Shown here piece by piece: positions 15,446 to 25,900 of a stretch of 50,124 nucleotides of DNA; the stretch's first letter is position 1; each line of letters starts with the position of its first letter. The notes under the pieces are model-generated. The model ran no database searches. It had not been told where the DNA came from and saw only the letters and a list, made by a program, of their open reading frames with translations. A program made the translations under genes and the position numbers. Source of the stretch: a virus (lineage: Duplodnaviria; Caudoviricetes); the IMG/VR virus record IMGVR_UViG_3300042505_000942, positions 1 through 50,124 of that record; one strand, given 5' to 3'.

Positions 15446-15892
15446 TCACCTCTGTAAATCTAGCACTGCCAGATATCCTCTTCTTTCCCAACCCTCTCGT
15501 TCTAGGATTCTGACAAATGTATTTTTCGTGTCCATGTGACTTCCTGAAGATTCTACATAACGAATATTTTTAATATATGCTTCTTCTATAAGTGCTGCAT
15601 GCAATTTTATTACTGCCCTTACAGCTCGTATACCTTTGAAAGACACGCAACAAAAATGCTGCTGAAGCGACAAATCTTTTAAAAATTCTCTACGTACAAT
15701 TCGTGCCAGAATCCAACCCCTAATCACTCCGTCGGATTCTATTACTCTAAAGAAAGCCCCGCGCCCTATACTCATTTGTAAGGATTTCAGTGATGCTTCT
15801 TTGTCAGACTCAAACAATGTCTCATCATTCGAAAGACGATACATCTCTGAGCAGATGGGAAGTTCGTTAGTCTTGGGCTTTCGTATCAACAT
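15446..15892 (-). CDS. GNAT-fold acetyltransferase-like protein
   Basis: MLIRKPKTNELP start, VIESDGVIRGWI strand, LIEEA, RILEREGW end. Confidence 0.6.
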   Translation of the reverse strand: MLIRKPKTNELPICSEMYRLSNDETLFESDKEASLKSLQMSIGRGAFFRVIESDGVIRGWILARIVRREFLKDLSLQQHFCCVSFKGIRAVRAVIKLHAALIEEAYIKNIRYVESSGSHMDTKNTFVRILEREGWERRGYLAVLDLQR

Positions 15893-15893
15893 G

Positions 15894-16184
15894 TTATGCC
15901 GTATTCCCTAGTATTGTGTTATATCTGTCGGATGTCAAAAGCTCAATAGATACAAGATAGTCCAGAGCAGTTATTGTAGTAATGTCTGTCCTGTCTACTA
16001 ACTTCAATCGGGGATCATCTAGTATAGATAAAAAATCCCATACATTTGGGTCTGTTTTTGCGGCATTGTAGATCGCCACACGTTCTGCCATAGTGAATAG
16101 TAATTTAAAAGCCACTGGATCTATCACAGACAGGGGTCTTCCTTGTGCGGCTCCAGTGAAAGGTACTGTATTTGGATTGTTCAT
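15894..16184 (-). CDS. Small tail-fibre-associated protein
   Basis: FKLLFT.AE..AI..AA..DP....ALDYLVS..LLT..R...IL pattern; position after fibre genes. Confidence 0.55.
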   Translation of the reverse strand: MNNPNTVPFTGAAQGRPLSVIDPVAFKLLFTMAERVAIYNAAKTDPNVWDFLSILDDPRLKLVDRTDITTITALDYLVSIELLTSDRYNTILGNTA

Positions 16185-16194
16185 AATTTAGCTC

Positions 16195-17214
16195 CTAAGC
16201 TAATACGGTAAAGGTGAACCATTCAGACCAAGTGCCACCATAAGAAGAATCTGCGGCATACACTCTGAATTTATATTGTTGGCCTCTGCGAAATGACCAA
16301 CCGGTGAGATTTGTAACGTCTCCAGCAGTTTCTGAAACCCAAGTTGTCCAGATATCTGAGGGAGTTGTGATCCCGTTTACTTCTAAATAATACCAACCTG
16401 GCTTCGCAGCTATATTAAGCCAGTATAGATTTACGTATCTCCAAGTAGTATCTATAATAGTAGAAGCGACTGAATATAATCCTGTAGGGGATTCATAATA
16501 AATAGTCCAAGCATATGGTGTCGCATAATGAGAACCTATCCATGCGGCATTCACAGCATATACTCTAAAATCAGCCGCTTGATTAATTGTCAGGCCGGAT
16601 CTTGTATACGTAGTAGTGCCCGCAAGGTATGTCCAAGATACACCATTATCCAAACTATAATAATACCCAATCGCATTGGGAACTGCCACCCATACATATG
16701 TTAAGGACCATGTATCGGCAGCTCCATTCCCAGTATAGATCTGAGTTACCGAAAGACCGGTCACATCTGGCATCCAAGCGTACCATGTCATCATGACATA
16801 CTCCACCTGCTCGTTGATTACTTCTGGATATACAGATATTACTGCTTTAGAGCCGGGCACTAGTCCGGAAACTGTATAACTTAGTGTGAGACCACTGTCG
16901 ACAGGTTTAACATCAGTAGGCCTGCTAATCCAGTACTTAGTCACAGTCTTCCCTGCTGGAGCGGTCCAATTAAAGGTGACAGAGTAAGTGGTTGCAGTAT
17001 AGACCCCTATAGTAACTTTTACCGGTGAGGCCACTCTGTAAGCATTTTGAAGAGATATCGCTCCAGAGGGTTTGCCTAAATAAGCCCGGACAGCCGTGTC
17101 ATTTAGACTCCACGGGACTGTATTCCAAGTATTGTCAGCGGGAATATTTGAGACCCAACCCAACTCTTTGGCTATATGCTCCATAGATATCACACCGCTG
17201 CTAGGCAATGCCAT
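16195..17214 (-). CDS. Putative receptor-binding adhesin with FN3-like repeats
   Basis: MALPSSGVISM..I..ELG...SLND..VR...GKPSGAISL N-terminus typical of proteins following S74 fibres; three FN3-like units (W....Y...YTVSGL.P, FRVYAVN, FRVYA..S.YGGTWSEW). Confidence 0.7.
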   Translation of the reverse strand: MALPSSGVISMEHIAKELGWVSNIPADNTWNTVPWSLNDTAVRAYLGKPSGAISLQNAYRVASPVKVTIGVYTATTYSVTFNWTAPAGKTVTKYWISRPTDVKPVDSGLTLSYTVSGLVPGSKAVISVYPEVINEQVEYVMMTWYAWMPDVTGLSVTQIYTGNGAADTWSLTYVWVAVPNAIGYYYSLDNGVSWTYLAGTTTYTRSGLTINQAADFRVYAVNAAWIGSHYATPYAWTIYYESPTGLYSVASTIIDTTWRYVNLYWLNIAAKPGWYYLEVNGITTPSDIWTTWVSETAGDVTNLTGWSFRRGQQYKFRVYAADSSYGGTWSEWFTFTVLA

Positions 17215-20200
17215 TTCGTAACTCCTTAACTTCCGCCCGTAACTCCTTAAGGCCTTCTATAAGTAAAGGAATTAACTTAGTATAATCTACAGTAAGATGC
17301 CCAGTTTGATGCTCAGTCACAGCAGTTGGAACTATTTTAGCCACTTCATCCGCCATAACACCTACACTGGGATTTCCACTAGCAATCCAGTCGAACGTGT
17401 ATCCTGATAGCTCAGCTATAGAATCTAGTGCATTCTCTATTTTGCGTAGGTTTGTTTTTAATTTGCGATCAGAAAAAGCTGATATATTACCACCCGCTGT
17501 GATAGCACCGCTTGTGTAGATGTCTCCAGTAGCCTCTAAGGAGTAACTAGCAGTAGCTAACTTGGTACTCTTCCCGTAATTAGTAGATTCAAAACCTATA
17601 GTAGGTCCACCTAGAATAACCATACCGTTGGTTTGATTAACTTCCAAAGCATTAAATATATTGTCAGCTGTTTGTACACCTAATCTACATGTACCACCAC
17701 CTGCAAGCGTACTAGACGCAAACATAGCGACATTATAACGGTTCTGTGTAAGAGATACCCAATTTGCGTATTTAGCCCCACAGTTAGCCATAATTGTCAG
17801 ACTAACTGTAGGGTCAGAACCTACAAGCTGTTCCCCGATAGATATGAAAGGATAAGCTGCACCTGAAGCAGAATAACATCTGAACTCATGCGAATCTCCA
17901 CCACCAGATAATGGTTCGTTTATAGTAAGTCTCTCTCCAGAGCTACCATAAGAGTACAAATTTCCTGTTATAGTAGATACAGCCGAAAGCGTACCCACTT
18001 TAAACACAGATAGATAGGGAGTCCCCCAAGTAATAGAACCTTGATTGTTCATACCATCACACTGCCATTGGACATTTGGACTTGTTATGGTGAATTCCGT
18101 ATCTTGCCAACCTGCGGGAGACACACCGGGATTTCCGGGAGGTGTTATGGCGGATTGGTTCTTGTAGTATTTCCGAACGGCAGATATTCCAGCTACACCT
18201 TGTACACTTGCGCCTACACAGTATACTCTACCTGAAGTCCAATAGGCTGTAGTTGTCGTGGCATCTGCGGTCGAATTAAAAGGTATCTCCGCAATCCAAA
18301 GCATTGTACCCGCTGCGGGTATAGAAGGTGTAGTAGCCCAGCCGGGAGCAGAAGTTCCTGCAAAACTTACTGTTGAAGATGCCCATGTGTACTCGGCAGA
18401 CCCTGCAGGCGAAGTCGGTACATTAGGAGCAGTAACTGTAATATACAGCTTACCAGTTGCTGATTGATTTCCTGCGGTTCCTGGGTCACCTTTCGGACCT
18501 GGGTCCCCTTGCAGGCCTGGGTTGCCCTGCGGACCTTGACCTCCAGGGGCCCCTGGGTTCCCATCAGCACCATCTTTGGAAAGCAGTGCCTGCGCGGACC
18601 ACTCACTACTGTTTATAGTGTCAGTGCCTGTGTTACTTGCAGCAGTCGCAGTTATGACCCATCTATAAGCCCCGCCCGAAACTGGTAATGACGGTGTCCA
18701 GCCATTATTCACCCCTGTGATTGTCCCTGTAGCGAAAGTATAACTGGTTGCCGCAGAAGGTTTGGCAGGTGCGGTTGCTGCGGAAGATGTATTAAATAGA
18801 TATACAACCGCAGTGTTGAGCCCTGCATCACCGTCTTTCACAAGAGCTACGGGGGATGACCATTCATTAGCAGCTATAGTATCTGTATTTGTTGTAGAGC
18901 TTGCTGCAGCCACTGAGACATATAATTGGTCAGCACCACTCGGTATATCAACAGTCCAACCTTCATTAACATTTAAGCCCGTAAGAGTCGCCGTACTGAA
19001 TGTATATGTCGTAGATACTGTAGGTTTAGCGGGAATTGTGGCAGATCTTTTGTATATCTGCACATTAAAATTCTGATAACCTGATAATCCTGCACGTGCT
19101 TTCGTTAGTGAAAATATTTTGGTAATCGAAGCACCTGTCAATGTTTCGGTAGCAGTAATGGCTACACTTCCTGAATCTTCTGAAAGTCCTGTGACTGTCT
19201 GTGTCGCCGAAGTCGAAAGACTAGATGTAGTGGTGTTAACCAATGTAGTTGAAAATGTACAACTACTTGTAATATCATCACTACCTTTCTTAACTGACAT
19301 TGTCGTTATTGCTGTTGCGAAAGCAGACTGTGTAGGAATACCTTCAGCATTACAAGCTATTAACGCGGAGTCTTTAGTCAAACTGGCGGAAAGCGCAGAT
19401 TCTCCTTTGACAAGCACGCCTTCAGTGTATGTCCAGTTAGTACCGTCCTCAGATGTGGCCTGTCGCATATACTTAGTATTAACGGTTGCCGTAGTTGACC
19501 AAGATATATTGTCCAAACTGAATTCAGGATGATGTCGCGTATCATTGGCGATTGCTGCCGGCGTTGACCACACAGATGCAGTACCATCAGAGGAAAACTC
19601 ACATTTAGTTTGCCATAATTTCCCTGCCGTAGTCAAAGGAATTCCATCCGACCATATAGAAGTACCGGTGGCCGATGTTTTAGAACCGGTGGTAGGTACG
19701 GGACTGTTATATGTACCCCCTAATGGAGTGACAGGTTGTGTCACAGATCTTGCGAATACATTGCTCGTGAATTTTCCTATACCTGTAGCGCCATCTAAAA
19801 CGACTTGAATAGATTGTTCATCTAATAGTATTGTCTTTGCAGCATCTGAATATATTTTAGCAGTCAATACTGAAGGAGTGCCTGTTATCAATAAGTTTCT
19901 TGTAGCAGAGGCTGTAGAATTAGACAACACCTCTGTATCATCCTCATATATTTTCCAATAGGCCGCCAACGGATTTTTTACAGAATTAGCGATTTTCTCA
20001 AAAGCTGAAAACACTACTGATTGAGGACGATGTGCATTTGCGACATCTCTGACTACCGATAGTGTTGAAGCTACAACAGTATGTGTGACAGCCGGGTCTC
20101 CTTTTTTACCACTTTTAACTTTATTTAAAATAACACGTCGTTTCCCTGAAACTCCTGTCGAGTTTTCTACAGCTGTCACTAGAATACTTCCAATATCTGC

Positions 20201-21139
20201 AGACAATGCAGTCACTACTTGAGTCGCTGCTGTGGCTGGAGTACTACAAACAACATCTTGGAGGTCTATTGTAATAGTACAAGCGGAAGTTATATCTAAA
20301 GAACCTTTCATCACAGTAAACACAACTTCAGCTGCCGAAAATGCGCCTATCAAAGGATTTCCATCAGTATCACAAGATATCGGTATACTATCATTACTAG
20401 TATTGATAACCAATGCTGAGAACTTATTACGTATAATGGCAATTGGATTCTCCCAAACACTCGCCTCTAGTGTAAACTCAGGCGTTTTTGTAAAAAATCT
20501 AAACTTAGCATAAAAGATTTCTTCGGATGTGGAAGGTGGTGTCTCTGACCATCCTGACGGTGGTGTAAATTCACCCGATCTAATATTCAAGCTGCCACCT
20601 AAAGGTGCTGTGCTTAGTACTGAATATACTGTCTTGATCACTGTTGTAGAAGCATCAGTTACGATATTCTCAATAACAGAAGCGTCTGTCGCAGCTGCGA
20701 CATTTGCCAAAGCTTGATCTCGAATTTCGTATTCACTTTCTAAAAAATGGTCTAACATAGTGACATAGCTCGAGGCTTTTCTTACAAGGTCTAGCTGTAT
20801 TGACAAAGGATACCTTGCTAAGATCCTATCATTTGAAGTTCGAGATATGGCGCTAGTTGCAGAAAATTTCAAAAGTTCTATGAAATTTTCTGGATTCTCC
20901 CAAGCAAAAGTGGTTGAATTCCAAATTTGATGCGTGTTGTTTTTAGGAAAATGGCGTTCTAATGCTGTTCCATTCCAGTGAAAATTTTCTAAAAGATCAG
21001 GACTAGACTCTGAAAAGTCTGTCACATCAATAGCTAACAAACCATCATACATCTGACCGTCTTGATAAGCGTAGGTCGACGAATACCCAGAAACGAATTT
21101 GCCCTTCCATGTAGACGGGTCTATCATTAAAAATCTCAT
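17201..21139 (-). CDS. Long tail fibre with collagen-like repeat and C-terminal S74 intramolecular chaperone
   Basis: (GXY)12; tandem Thr/Ser-rich modules; SDRKLKTN...GYTFDW...GVMADEV...VDYTKLIPLLIEGLKEL. Confidence 0.88.
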   Translation of the reverse strand: MRFLMIDPSTWKGKFVSGYSSTYAYQDGQMYDGLLAIDVTDFSESSPDLLENFHWNGTALERHFPKNNTHQIWNSTTFAWENPENFIELLKFSATSAISRTSNDRILARYPLSIQLDLVRKASSYVTMLDHFLESEYEIRDQALANVAAATDASVIENIVTDASTTVIKTVYSVLSTAPLGGSLNIRSGEFTPPSGWSETPPSTSEEIFYAKFRFFTKTPEFTLEASVWENPIAIIRNKFSALVINTSNDSIPISCDTDGNPLIGAFSAAEVVFTVMKGSLDITSACTITIDLQDVVCSTPATAATQVVTALSADIGSILVTAVENSTGVSGKRRVILNKVKSGKKGDPAVTHTVVASTLSVVRDVANAHRPQSVVFSAFEKIANSVKNPLAAYWKIYEDDTEVLSNSTASATRNLLITGTPSVLTAKIYSDAAKTILLDEQSIQVVLDGATGIGKFTSNVFARSVTQPVTPLGGTYNSPVPTTGSKTSATGTSIWSDGIPLTTAGKLWQTKCEFSSDGTASVWSTPAAIANDTRHHPEFSLDNISWSTTATVNTKYMRQATSEDGTNWTYTEGVLVKGESALSASLTKDSALIACNAEGIPTQSAFATAITTMSVKKGSDDITSSCTFSTTLVNTTTSSLSTSATQTVTGLSEDSGSVAITATETLTGASITKIFSLTKARAGLSGYQNFNVQIYKRSATIPAKPTVSTTYTFSTATLTGLNVNEGWTVDIPSGADQLYVSVAAASSTTNTDTIAANEWSSPVALVKDGDAGLNTAVVYLFNTSSAATAPAKPSAATSYTFATGTITGVNNGWTPSLPVSGGAYRWVITATAASNTGTDTINSSEWSAQALLSKDGADGNPGAPGGQGPQGNPGLQGDPGPKGDPGTAGNQSATGKLYITVTAPNVPTSPAGSAEYTWASSTVSFAGTSAPGWATTPSIPAAGTMLWIAEIPFNSTADATTTTAYWTSGRVYCVGASVQGVAGISAVRKYYKNQSAITPPGNPGVSPAGWQDTEFTITSPNVQWQCDGMNNQGSITWGTPYLSVFKVGTLSAVSTITGNLYSYGSSGERLTINEPLSGGGDSHEFRCYSASGAAYPFISIGEQLVGSDPTVSLTIMANCGAKYANWVSLTQNRYNVAMFASSTLAGGGTCRLGVQTADNIFNALEVNQTNGMVILGGPTIGFESTNYGKSTKLATASYSLEATGDIYTSGAITAGGNISAFSDRKLKTNLRKIENALDSIAELSGYTFDWIASGNPSVGVMADEVAKIVPTAVTEHQTGHLTVDYTKLIPLLIEGLKELRAEVKELRNGIA
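18464..18571 (-). repeat. Collagen-like Gly-X-Y x12
   Basis: GADGNPGAPGGQGPQGNPGLQGDPGPKGDPGTAGNQ. Confidence 0.9.
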
Positions 21140-22524
21140 ATTAATCCTTTTGTAGAAATCGGTGCAGAATTAGAGGGCCCAATCCCTGCAGGATTTTTAC
21201 CAACAACACTAACTATATAAGTAGTTGCTGGAGTTAGGCCTCTAATTGTAACATTGTATGTATCAAATGACTCTTGAAAAGTAACAGGGGTTCCGCCCTC
21301 AATATTATAAGAGATCTCCCATATATCAGGTGCGTTTTCTGTATATGCATTTACAACAGGAAACTCAATTGTTATTGTACTTGCAGTTGTACTTGTTAAG
21401 GACATTACTGGTTTTAGAGGTTTAACCGCTGTAAGAAGTTCTATAGTAGTAGTCGTTACAGGAGAACTTCCTCTAGGATTTATCGCCGTTGTTGAAATAG
21501 TTACTGAGGACGAGCTCGCTGCAGTTATCTTCGCAACAGAATAGTTCCCTAATGTTTTTGTAGTAGTGTTATCCTTAAATTTCCCTCCTGAAATTACGGT
21601 TGTAATAGAGGCACAAGCTGCTTCACCTGCTGTTGAGCAAACGACTGTAAATTCTACCTGAGAATGTCCTTTCAAAACAGAACCAGGAAGCACGCCAGCT
21701 GCGCCGGGCACTTGTGAAACATCAGCGACTGTCTTAACAACCATAATCGAAGGAGGCTTCAGTGGAGTCTGTTCTGCAGCATAGGGATTATTGACACTTT
21801 GCGGAGAACCGTTTAGTGCTTTTACAAACATATCTGATAGCGTATCTTCCATTTTAGGCGAGAAATACCCTAGAGATGTATAACCAGCAATATCGAAGAA
21901 GCATGACATTCGTGCTGTATTCGGAGCAGGTAGCGTTAAAAGTCTAGACATCTTGTAAAAAGGACCTAGAGAGCCTCCGTTGACCGCCATCGTTTGATCA
22001 GATATCTGCCAAGCTTGCCCGACACCTTCCGCTCTAAACCAAAGCCGTTCATAAGAAGTTAATGCCGTAAATTTTGAATTCCATTCAAGATCTCCAGTAC
22101 TTGGTAAAGTTGTTAACTCTATAATTTCCAAAGAGCGATTACCAAGACTGTAACTTCGTTCTCCTGTCTCTGTATACACAACGAAACCGTACTCCAAATC
22201 ACATTCTTTTAACTTATTCATAGGTAGTGCCACCATTACATCGCAAGAGCCAAAATTAGAATAGCCTTGTGCAGATCTTGACTCTAATTTAATAACATTA
22301 CCAGTCTGTATTATTGAAAAACCTCCTAAAGACTTCTCTTGTTCAGGATAGGTAAATTCTTTGTAACCGTCCGCATTGTGTGACAAGAATACTAAAGCTC
22401 CTTCAGGAATGGTACGAGTAGTCTCAGCGTGCATTGTGAACTCGCTATGTACTCCTAGTAGTATTGATTTAGCTGTTATTTGTGGGTGATCTTTTGTATT
22501 TGTTATTTCTAAACCGTAACTCAT
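21136..22524 (-). CDS. Tail tip accessory protein with C-terminal FN3 domain
   Basis: YGLEI/YGFVVY motifs; TIRGLTPATTYIVSVVGKNPAGIGPSNS. Confidence 0.7.
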   Translation of the reverse strand: MSYGLEITNTKDHPQITAKSILLGVHSEFTMHAETTRTIPEGALVFLSHNADGYKEFTYPEQEKSLGGFSIIQTGNVIKLESRSAQGYSNFGSCDVMVALPMNKLKECDLEYGFVVYTETGERSYSLGNRSLEIIELTTLPSTGDLEWNSKFTALTSYERLWFRAEGVGQAWQISDQTMAVNGGSLGPFYKMSRLLTLPAPNTARMSCFFDIAGYTSLGYFSPKMEDTLSDMFVKALNGSPQSVNNPYAAEQTPLKPPSIMVVKTVADVSQVPGAAGVLPGSVLKGHSQVEFTVVCSTAGEAACASITTVISGGKFKDNTTTKTLGNYSVAKITAASSSSVTISTTAINPRGSSPVTTTTIELLTAVKPLKPVMSLTSTTASTITIEFPVVNAYTENAPDIWEISYNIEGGTPVTFQESFDTYNVTIRGLTPATTYIVSVVGKNPAGIGPSNSAPISTKGLI

Positions 22525-22859
22525 GCTAAATGACTCAAAGTAAAAGTGACTGTACGTCGTATCGGTGATATCACTCTAACATAACCTGCGGAGAATATTA
22601 CTGAAACTCCTTCAGGAAGTCCGAAACACGCCCAATCACCGGGGCCTGCAATATCTTCATTTTTATAATCTCCATAGTAATTAGTAGTAGTTGCACTATA
22701 ATGCGATGTCCAAAAGTAAAAAGCCGATTGAGACCACTCAGTAGTCTCGGTTGTTATCGTATCCAAGATAAGAGTGATTTCCTCTGCAACTTTTGCTGTA
22801 GCCGTTGCTGGACCTATCTCAAGACGGCCGGCCAAATTGTAAATCTCTAATCCGAACAT
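22521..22859 (-). CDS. Small tail tip protein
   Basis: MFGLEIYN..G N-terminus typical of genes after the tip protein. Confidence 0.6.
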   Translation of the reverse strand: MFGLEIYNLAGRLEIGPATATAKVAEEITLILDTITTETTEWSQSAFYFWTSHYSATTTNYYGDYKNEDIAGPGDWACFGLPEGVSVIFSAGYVRVISPIRRTVTFTLSHLA

Positions 22860-22873
22860 ATATTATCTCATAA

Positions 22874-22897
22874 AGAGGGAAGCCGAAACTCCCCTCT
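22874..22897 (-). terminator. UUCG hairpin after tip protein (weak terminator or stabiliser)
   Basis: AGAGGGGAGU-UUCG-GCUUCCCUCU, short U tract. Confidence 0.55.
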
Positions 22898-22905
22898 GAT
22901 TAAAA

Positions 22906-25900
22906 TTAGCTAAGTTTTCCTAACTTAACACGAGTGACTCCATTACCGTCGACGATCGTCAAAAGATCTCCATCAATCACCATTCTACCTCCGGTAGTAA
23001 CGTCTCTATTTAGACTGAACTGGTTACTGTGTAAATCAATACGATCAATATGGGCGGTTCCTATAACAGCGGTTTCCATTAAGTTTGCAGGTATCTTTCC
23101 AGTTATAGGAGTCAATCCTGGAGTACCCTCAGGTCCAAAAACTATTCCGGATATTGCATCAGGATCTCCTAGTTTGCTTATCGTTTCTGTATCAATGGCA
23201 GTAGAAGTACCTTCCGTTACAGTACATATAATGACTGCGCTATTTCCAGTCATTTGAGATTCAGCTATAGTGATTGTATCTCCAGCAATATCGCCTGACA
23301 ATGTTAAAGGACTATTTTTAGCTACAGACCAAGTAACTTTTGCAGCAGTCGTAAACCCAGATTTGCTGGCTTTCAATACTAAAGGAACACTATCCTTATG
23401 TGGAAATACTGTTCCGAACTTACTATCACAAGTTATTTGAACAGTTGCTGCCCCTTTACCACCTACACTGACAGATTTGCTAAAAGATTGCTGAGTAGAC
23501 AACTCTATAGGGTTTCCAGATTCAGATACAGCTTTTATAGTGTACAAAACAGAAGCTGTAGCGCCTGACATACCTGACATATCTCCTATAATAACACCAC
23601 CATTAGTTGCAGTCACAGGTAATGACATCTGTATATTGGAAGCTTTTGCTAATATTCTAAACTCATTAGGTTTTGTAATATTAGGATTACCTGATATCCA
23701 AGGACCTACGTAGGTCAACGGAGTGTCTAGATGATATACCCGAATTGTAGTCCCACTGCCATTATAACCACCAACACCAATATTACCGTCAGCATCTACA
23801 GAGAAAGAGTGTGATTCGTTTGGATTATTTATTACGTAGCCGCCGATACCTGTAGGGCCTTGTAAGATTTTCTTTACAGTTTGCTCTAAGGTACTATTAA
23901 AAGAAATTCCTGATAATAAGGTCCCTTTCACAGTGAACGTTATCAATCCCCCAAGCTGTATATCAGAAATGCTGCGTATGTCAGAAGCTTCACCCTTATT
24001 TCCAACCTTCTTTAATGTCGAATACACCTCAATACCCTCTGAAGCACTCGCAGTTACTGTGAAAGTTCCTCTAGCAGTACCAACACCGTCAAATACTAAT
24101 TCCTTAGAGCCTTCTGTAGCGGAGATTAACGTCCCGGAATCAGCTAGACCATCGTTTGAGACAACACCGAGTATAGTAGCATACAATACTATAGAAGGCC
24201 GTGACAAAGTAACATTATAAGTATCAATACCATCATTTGATATAACTATCCCATTTGTGGCAATTCTAGACAATTTACCAGCAGAAGCTGGTATGGATGC
24301 TGAGTTTAAAGAATACCATTTTGAAATAGATTTTTCAGTCTCTGCATTAGTAGCTTGGTTGAAACTAAACCTAACAGCCTGTTGTCCTATAGTAGGAGCG
24401 TCTGTTATAGTACCTTTCGTTACGGTATTTCTAAAATCAACCCATGTGAATAGATCAACACCGGTCAATGATGTGGGTTGCTTGCAAGGAGAAGCCGCCA
24501 GTTGCCAGATATAATCTAAAGGATTGTCAGAAGGTACATCACTGGATAGTCTATTAAAAGCAATTCCGTAATAAGCAGTTTTACCTACGATAGGTAGCTT
24601 TGAAATCTGAGAAGACGTTGTCGGGTTTGCCACCCCTGAAAAACGTATCCAAGTTCGTAATGTTATATCTCCAGACTGTGAAGGAGCATACGCTTCAACT
24701 GATACGTTCGTTAAGTTTGAACCTGCAATTGGTATAGATAATTGACTGTCAGAAGAACCTGTATGAATTATCGCATCTGTACCGCCTAGAAATACTGAAG
24801 TTGAGACAAGAAGTCCTTTAAAAGGATTTTGAATTCCTGAACTGGCCGTTTGTTTTAACTCAGCCAATACTGAAGATGTAGAGAGCTTCTGATCTTTTTG
24901 ACGAACTACTACAGAAGGTGTTAGTGTAATAAATTGTGCTAGTCCTGGAATACCCGCACGGCTGAGAGGATATCTGACAGTCTTAACTATAGGATCGATA
25001 CTAACGCCGGTACTATTTCTAATTGTAACAGTTAATACCATATATGCATCATTCGCAAAAATGTAAGAAGGTGCTTGTATCTCCAATACACGCCCAGATT
25101 CTCGTAGGATATCTTTTGAAGAAATAGTCAATCCCACAAAACTTTTAGTGACTGTAAATGTGAATGCTCCAGTAGATTTGTATTCAAGGCGTTTGTCACC
25201 TAAATACGCAGTAACCTGAACTACTTTACCTGTGGTATCTATACCTGTAAAATTATCAGCTCCTGGCCCTGCCTGTAATGAAATACTCTCATTAGAAATA
25301 AGAACAGTAGGGCCAGTTCCTCCTGACTCTAATAGAGAGATTGTCGCGGTATCACTCACATGATGGTTTGAGTTTCCATTATAAGTTCCGTGGACTTCAC
25401 AGCGATAACTGATAGAAAATGTCTTTTTGGCAAGAAAATCACTGGAATTGATTTCAAAATCGGAAGTAGTGCGACTTTGTAAAACTACATTAGAGCCTTC
25501 CTCAAACCACTTATACAAGACGGTGCCTTGAAACCCATCGGCTATAGCAGTTAATACAGATTTCTTAGGAGACACTTCTGCTAACGAATTTTTTGTAAAT
25601 ACAACGCTAGAATTCTGAATATTAACTACAGGCGCGATAGCATAAGGTCTATTCACCAGATAGTAAATATATTTAATAGTAGAAGGCAAATCTGTACCAG
25701 AAGCATCTCTAGGAGTTATTGTTAGTTTGAGTTTTGCGGAATCTGAGGTAATTCCTGAAATATCAGGTACAGTAATGATATCTGTTAGAGAATCTGCAAC
25801 AATAGAACTAGTACCACCTGCAAAAGATATTCCTATAGGTTCTGCGATGAACTTATAAGTATTAGCACCACCACCTAAATCCTGATAATTTAATTGTTGT

